NCBI GenBank assembly: GCA_040902195.1
Contig: JBBDXS010000014.1
Span: 143,725-207,724 of the forward strand
Source of the DNA: Dehalococcoidia bacterium
Lineage (GTDB): Bacteria; Chloroflexota; Dehalococcoidia; DSTF01; RBG-16-68-14
DNA: 64,000 bases
Direction of reading: 5' to 3'
Shown here: piece after piece, positions 60,379 to 64,000 of the stretch
Position numbering within the stretch: position 1 is the stretch's first letter
How the letters are laid out: the number at the start of each line of letters is the position of its first letter
The notes under the pieces: model-generated
What the model was told of the DNA's origin: nothing
What the model saw: the letters and a program-made list of their open reading frames with translations, nothing else
Databases searched by the model: none
Position numbers and translations under genes: made by a program

Positions 60379-61643
60379 GCGCGGCGGCGGCGCACGAACG
60401 CGATCGACGTCAGCGCAGCCAGCGCAAGCGCAGCGAACACGAAGAGTGGGAACGACGCGCTGCCGCTCGCTGGCGGCGGAACGCCGGGCAGTCTCGCGAT
60501 GCCGCCGACCGCCGAGGCGCACGCCGGCGTGTCGCAGCGGATCAGGTGGAGGTCGGTTCCGGCATCGAAGGTGATCGCCGGGTTGCCCGCACCATCGATG
60601 AGGAGCGAGCTCCTCTTGCCCGAGTCCGCGGCCGTGTCCAGCGACGTGCGCGTATCACCGCCCGGACCGCAGTTCACGTCGTTGCAGCGCAGGAGCTTGA
60701 GATCCCCGTTCGTTTCGTCACGATAGGTTACGACGGGCAAGCCGCCATCGAGCACGAGCGCGGGATCTCCGCCGACGTCGCCGACCGCGTCGGGCGTCGA
60801 GATGCTCTCGTTCGTCCCGGAGCAGTTCACATCGTTGCAGTGCATGACACGCAGATCGCGCGTCGATGTGCCAGTGTAGTACGCGAGGACAGGCATGCCG
60901 GACGCGTCGAGGCGAACGGACGGCATAATGCCGGGCCCGGGCTCGGGCGCCGTTATCGTATCGCCGCCGGGGGCGCAGTTCACGTCGTCGCAGTGCATGA
61001 CGCGGAGTGAACCCGTCGAGAAGACACCACCGCTGCCTTTGAAGTACGCAACGACAGGCCGGCCCGACGGATCGAGCGCTAACGACGGCCCTGCGGCGGA
61101 GCTGTCGTTCGACGTGATGGTTTCGTCGTTGCCCGTGCACAACGGATCGTTACAGTGGAGCACGCGGATTTCGTACGGCGGTGCGTACGCGATGACGGGG
61201 TTGCCCGACGCGTCCAGCGCGAGCGAGGTCTGCGACTCGAGCAGGAACGATCCCGGATCGGGCATCGCCAGCGTATCGCCACCGGACGCGCAGTTCGGAT
61301 CGTTGCAGTGCAGCAGCTTGAGTCGATCGAACACTGTGGTGTAGTAGCTGACGACCGGGTTTCCCGAAGCGTCCAGGAGGATCGACGGCCACTGGCCCGG
61401 CTGCAGGTCGGGCGAGTTGACGGTATCGCCACCGGGGGCGCAGATCGGATCGTTGCAGTGGAGGATCTCTAGCCGCGTAGTAAACGCGTCGCGGTAGGCG
61501 ATGACGGGATTGCCTGACGCGTCCAGCACGATAGCGGAGTCGCCCGCGAAGGTGGAGATCGTCGTCACGGACTCGGCGCGAACAGCGTCGGCCTGGAGGG
61601 CAAAGCCCGCCACCAGGAGCGCGACAACGAGGAGCTTCTTCAC
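60375..61643 (-). CDS. Secreted, C-terminally anchored protein with seven Cys-pair repeats (probable beta-propeller)
   Basis: Track ORF trimmed to GTG 61643 (VKKLLVVALLVAGFALQADAVRA signal). 7 x ~45-55-aa units of the form L[DI]ASGNPV[IV][AS]Y...L[KR][LV][LM][HR]C[ND]D[PV][NI]C..GGDT. Tail AALALAALTSIAFVRRRRA. Confidence 0.7.
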   Translation of the reverse strand: MKKLLVVALLVAGFALQADAVRAESVTTISTFAGDSAIVLDASGNPVIAYRDAFTTRLEILHCNDPICAPGGDTVNSPDLQPGQWPSILLDASGNPVVSYYTTVFDRLKLLHCNDPNCASGGDTLAMPDPGSFLLESQTSLALDASGNPVIAYAPPYEIRVLHCNDPLCTGNDETITSNDSSAAGPSLALDPSGRPVVAYFKGSGGVFSTGSLRVMHCDDVNCAPGGDTITAPEPGPGIMPSVRLDASGMPVLAYYTGTSTRDLRVMHCNDVNCSGTNESISTPDAVGDVGGDPALVLDGGLPVVTYRDETNGDLKLLRCNDVNCGPGGDTRTSLDTAADSGKRSSLLIDGAGNPAITFDAGTDLHLIRCDTPACASAVGGIARLPGVPPPASGSASFPLFVFAALALAALTSIAFVRRRRA

Positions 61644-61774
61644 ATCCCACCCCCGGGGTCTGGCCGACCGCGCCAGGCTAACACGACGCCCCGGGCGCCT
61701 CAACCGGCCCTCGATAGGAGAACGACAGATTCGGAGACAAGATAACAGCCGCTCCGCCCGTCCCCCTGTCCGCC

Positions 61775-61797
61775 CATTCAAGAATGAACTTTCATTC
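61775..61797. promoter_or_regulatory. Palindromic operator-like site in the propeller/P450 divergent spacer
   Basis: CATTC-AA-GAATG overlapping GAATGA-ACTT-TCATTC, in a locally AT-richer stretch. Confidence 0.3.
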
Positions 61798-61841
61798 GAG
61801 ATTGGCTAGATACCTTGTTTAAGCAGTCGATAAGTTTAGTG

Positions 61842-61847
61842 TATAAT
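61842..61847 (+). promoter_or_regulatory. Consensus -10 box TATAAT upstream of the P450 gene
   Basis: TATAAT lies 61 nt before ATG 61909. A GGAAGGA SD lies nearer the ATG. The -35 is weak (TTAAGC with a 17-nt spacer). Confidence 0.3.
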
Positions 61848-61908
61848 CTGGACGGCGACCCATTGGCCCCCGGCTGTGAGAGACCAATCATAGGAAGGAA
61901 ACGCCCAG

Positions 61909-63186
61909 ATGGCGAACGAGACCAAGGACATCATGCCCCAGACCACCAGCTCGGCCCGGAAGCCGCCCGTAAAGGACTGGACCGACGACTACGACATCTT
62001 CGCGACGGAGTACATAAAGAACCCCTTCCCAATCTGGGACGGCCTGCGCGACAAATGCCCCGTAGCGCACACGGATCGGTGGGGCAGCTCCTGGATGCCC
62101 ACGCGTTACGAGGACTTGTTCAAGATAGCGCAGGACATCCAGCACTTCTCCTCGCGCGATGTTCTCGTGGCTCCTCAGGGCCCTCCTCCTGAAGGAGACC
62201 CCGAAGAGGAAGTGCCCGAAGTATTGCGCGACTACGACGCCGGCGCCCCGCCAATCACATCCGATCCGCCGATCCACACCTGGGCGCGACGGCTGCTCCT
62301 TCCTCCGTTCTCCGTCCGCGCGATCGCGAAGTACGAGCCGGAGACGCGCGAGCTGTGCGCGTCGCTCATCGATGGCTTCATCAAAAACGGACGCGCAGAC
62401 GGCGCGGTCGACTACGCGCAGCAGATCCCGCCGCGCGTCATCGCGAGCATGCTGGGCATCCCGCAAGAGGAAGCCGCCATGTTTACTGAGTGGGTGCGCA
62501 ACTTCCTGGAGCTCGGTCTGACCAACACGGATCTCCAGAGCGATGCGGCGCGCAACATCTTTGGCTATCTGTGGGAGCGCATTCAGGAGCACAAGGAGAA
62601 ACCAGGAGACGACCTGATCAACTACCTCCTCTCGGCGACGGTCGATGGTGAGCCTGTGCCCGAGCCGCACATTCTGGGCACGTGCTTCCTCATTCTGGTC
62701 GCCGGCATCGACACGACGTGGAGCTCGATCGGCTCGGCAATCTGGCACCTGGCCCAGCACCCGGAAGACCGCGCGCGGCTCATTGCGGAGCCGGAGCTGA
62801 TGCCGGTCGCCATTGAGGAGCTGCTGCGCGCATACTCGCCTGTCACGATGGCGCGCTACGTGGCCGAAGACGTGAGCTACAACGGCTGTCCCATGAGCGA
62901 GGGCGATCGCGTGCTGATGAACTTCCCGGCAGCCAACCGCGACCCGGCGAAGTTCGAGAACCCGGACCAGGTGATCATCGACCGGGCAGTAAACCCGCAC
63001 ATCGCGTTCGGCGTGGGCATCCACCGCTGCGCCGGCTCGAACCTGGCTCGCATGGAGATGCGCGTTTCGATCGAAGAGTGGCTACGTCGCATCCCTGACT
63101 TTAAGCTCGAGGAGCCCGACGCCGTCACGTGGGCAGGCGGCCAGGTGCGCGGCCCGCGCACGATGGCGATCGTATGGCCGTCATGA
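61909..63186 (+). CDS. Cytochrome P450 monooxygenase
   Basis: Heme loop FGVGIHRCAGSNLA, ExxR (EELLRAYSP), I-helix AGIDTT. 425 aa. Confidence 0.95.
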   Translation: MANETKDIMPQTTSSARKPPVKDWTDDYDIFATEYIKNPFPIWDGLRDKCPVAHTDRWGSSWMPTRYEDLFKIAQDIQHFSSRDVLVAPQGPPPEGDPEEEVPEVLRDYDAGAPPITSDPPIHTWARRLLLPPFSVRAIAKYEPETRELCASLIDGFIKNGRADGAVDYAQQIPPRVIASMLGIPQEEAAMFTEWVRNFLELGLTNTDLQSDAARNIFGYLWERIQEHKEKPGDDLINYLLSATVDGEPVPEPHILGTCFLILVAGIDTTWSSIGSAIWHLAQHPEDRARLIAEPELMPVAIEELLRAYSPVTMARYVAEDVSYNGCPMSEGDRVLMNFPAANRDPAKFENPDQVIIDRAVNPHIAFGVGIHRCAGSNLARMEMRVSIEEWLRRIPDFKLEEPDAVTWAGGQVRGPRTMAIVWPS

Positions 63187-63395
63187 TCGTTCGAGTTGAA
63201 GCCGAGAAGTGCCAGGGGCACAACCGCTGCTACGCTCTCGCGCCGGAGCTATTCGACGTCGACAACCTCGGCTACGCGCACGAGCTGAACGACGGCGTTG
63301 TGCCGCCGGAGCTTGAGGAGAAGGCGCGGCTCGCTGTGACCAACTGCCCTGAGCTGGCGATCTACATCGAAGGCGAAGGGCGGCCGGGGAAGTAG
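63183..63395 (+). CDS. Small [3Fe-4S]-type ferredoxin (P450 redox partner)
   Basis: ATG 63183 overlaps the P450 stop (ATGA). MIVRVEAEKCQGHNRCYALAPELF...VTNCPELAI has the CxxHxxC...CP pattern. An alternative ATG lies at 63174. Confidence 0.85.
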   Translation: MIVRVEAEKCQGHNRCYALAPELFDVDNLGYAHELNDGVVPPELEEKARLAVTNCPELAIYIEGEGRPGK

Positions 63396-63523
63396 CGCGG
63401 CCACCTACCGCATCTACACGAAGGCCCTCCGGCAATGGGGGGCCTTCGCTTAGGTAGTTAGCCGGGAGGCTGGCCGGGCCCTCCCTCCCCTTCTCGTTGA
63501 AGTTCTTAGGAGGGATTCGGAAG

Positions 63524-63823
63524 ATGGAACGGTTCGAGTACATGCAGGTGAAAGTGTTTTTCTTCGAAGTGGCGCGCCATCGGAAACGCCGGCAGGAACT
63601 GCGCGTGGATGAATCCGTAAAGGAAGACTGCTGGCTGGGTTCGGACGCCAAATCCGGTTGCTACAGACCTATCGGAGACTTGCTAAAAGACCTCGGCGGG
63701 GTCGGTTGGGAATTGGTCGTAGCTCATTCTTCATATCACCCGGCCAGCGACCTGACCTACTATCCCAACTTAATTTACGTCCTGAAACGTGTACTGGGCG
63801 AAGCAGACAACCCAACTCAATAG
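63524..63823 (+). CDS. Small hypothetical protein, DUF4177-like (weak)
   Basis: AGGAGG SD (63509-63514) lies 9 nt before ATG 63524. MERFEYMQVKVFF...LGGVGWELVVAHSS resembles the xEYK...GWELV pattern. The DNA here has visibly lower GC. Confidence 0.4.
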   Translation: MERFEYMQVKVFFFEVARHRKRRQELRVDESVKEDCWLGSDAKSGCYRPIGDLLKDLGGVGWELVVAHSSYHPASDLTYYPNLIYVLKRVLGEADNPTQ

Positions 63824-64000
63824 CCGCTCCCTTTCTTCTACTGCACCCTCGTCAGCCGCGTTGCCACCATTCGGCGGCGTGGTTCACTGATGCCGGTGAG
63901 CGGCGAGAACATCTGCATCTTCTGTTCCTGTGCGACCATCTCGCTACAGTCAAGGTGTCCGGGAAACCGGGTCAAGCTCAATCAACCAAAACTTCTGTCT

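Noticed and set aside
63824-64000. Possible short ORFs at the right edge (e.g. a minus-strand 33-47-aa frame ending at ~63838).
   Set aside because: They are too short, have no SD or motif, have mixed codon bias, and may be truncated by the window edge. The evidence is insufficient for any call.

Overview
Strongly GC-rich, gene-dense bacterial chromosomal segment. About 60 protein genes are supported. I recognise no rRNA, tRNA, CRISPR array, IS element or prophage. All family calls rest on motif recall from the translated ORFs, because no search could be run.

Housekeeping backbone:
- xerC-topA-dprA (Bacillus-like synteny), then a CorC/CBS transporter and envelope genes (nucleotidyltransferase, PAP2, GT-C).
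- ruvX-mltG-aroE-[two unknown envelope genes]-aroC-aroK/aroB fusion, then GNAT and acyP.
- hisS, relA/spoT, an HD-GYP sensor, nagB/nagA, enoyl-CoA hydratase, an AddB/AddA-type helicase-nuclease pair, lysS and alaS.

Accessory-looking parts:
- 36.2-42.6 kb: a carbon-storage island with class III/IV PhaC, a short PhaE/PhaR-like partner, a phasin-like gene, a lipase-like hydrolase, WS/DGAT, GNAT and SDR.
- 48.5-58.4 kb: a run of secreted and lipoprotein hydrolases, a tandem-duplicated unknown domain protein, PIG-L, DUF3105 and CapA overlapped by an acyl-CoA ligase.
- 58.4-64 kb: three Shine-Dalgarno-led micro-ORFs, a divergent M28-like peptidase, a 7x Cys-pair repeat surface protein, and a P450-ferredoxin cassette flanked by lower-GC DNA.

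Recurrent non-coding structure:
- Tandem heptanucleotide repeats in five spacers.
- A REP-like compound palindrome present twice, once inside the nagA 3' end.
- GTAGGGG..CCCCTAC-type hairpins.
- TAnnnT boxes 6-9 nt upstream of start codons that lack an SD (leaderless-type).
- Many ATGA/GTGA start-stop overlaps.
- Three convergent gene pairs that share a CTAG double stop.

The track ORFs often begin at upstream alternative starts or are antisense shadow ORFs typical of high-GC DNA. I trimmed or discarded these.

The repeat style and gene content suggest a Chloroflexota/Thermomicrobia-like or actinobacterial lineage, but that is only a guess.
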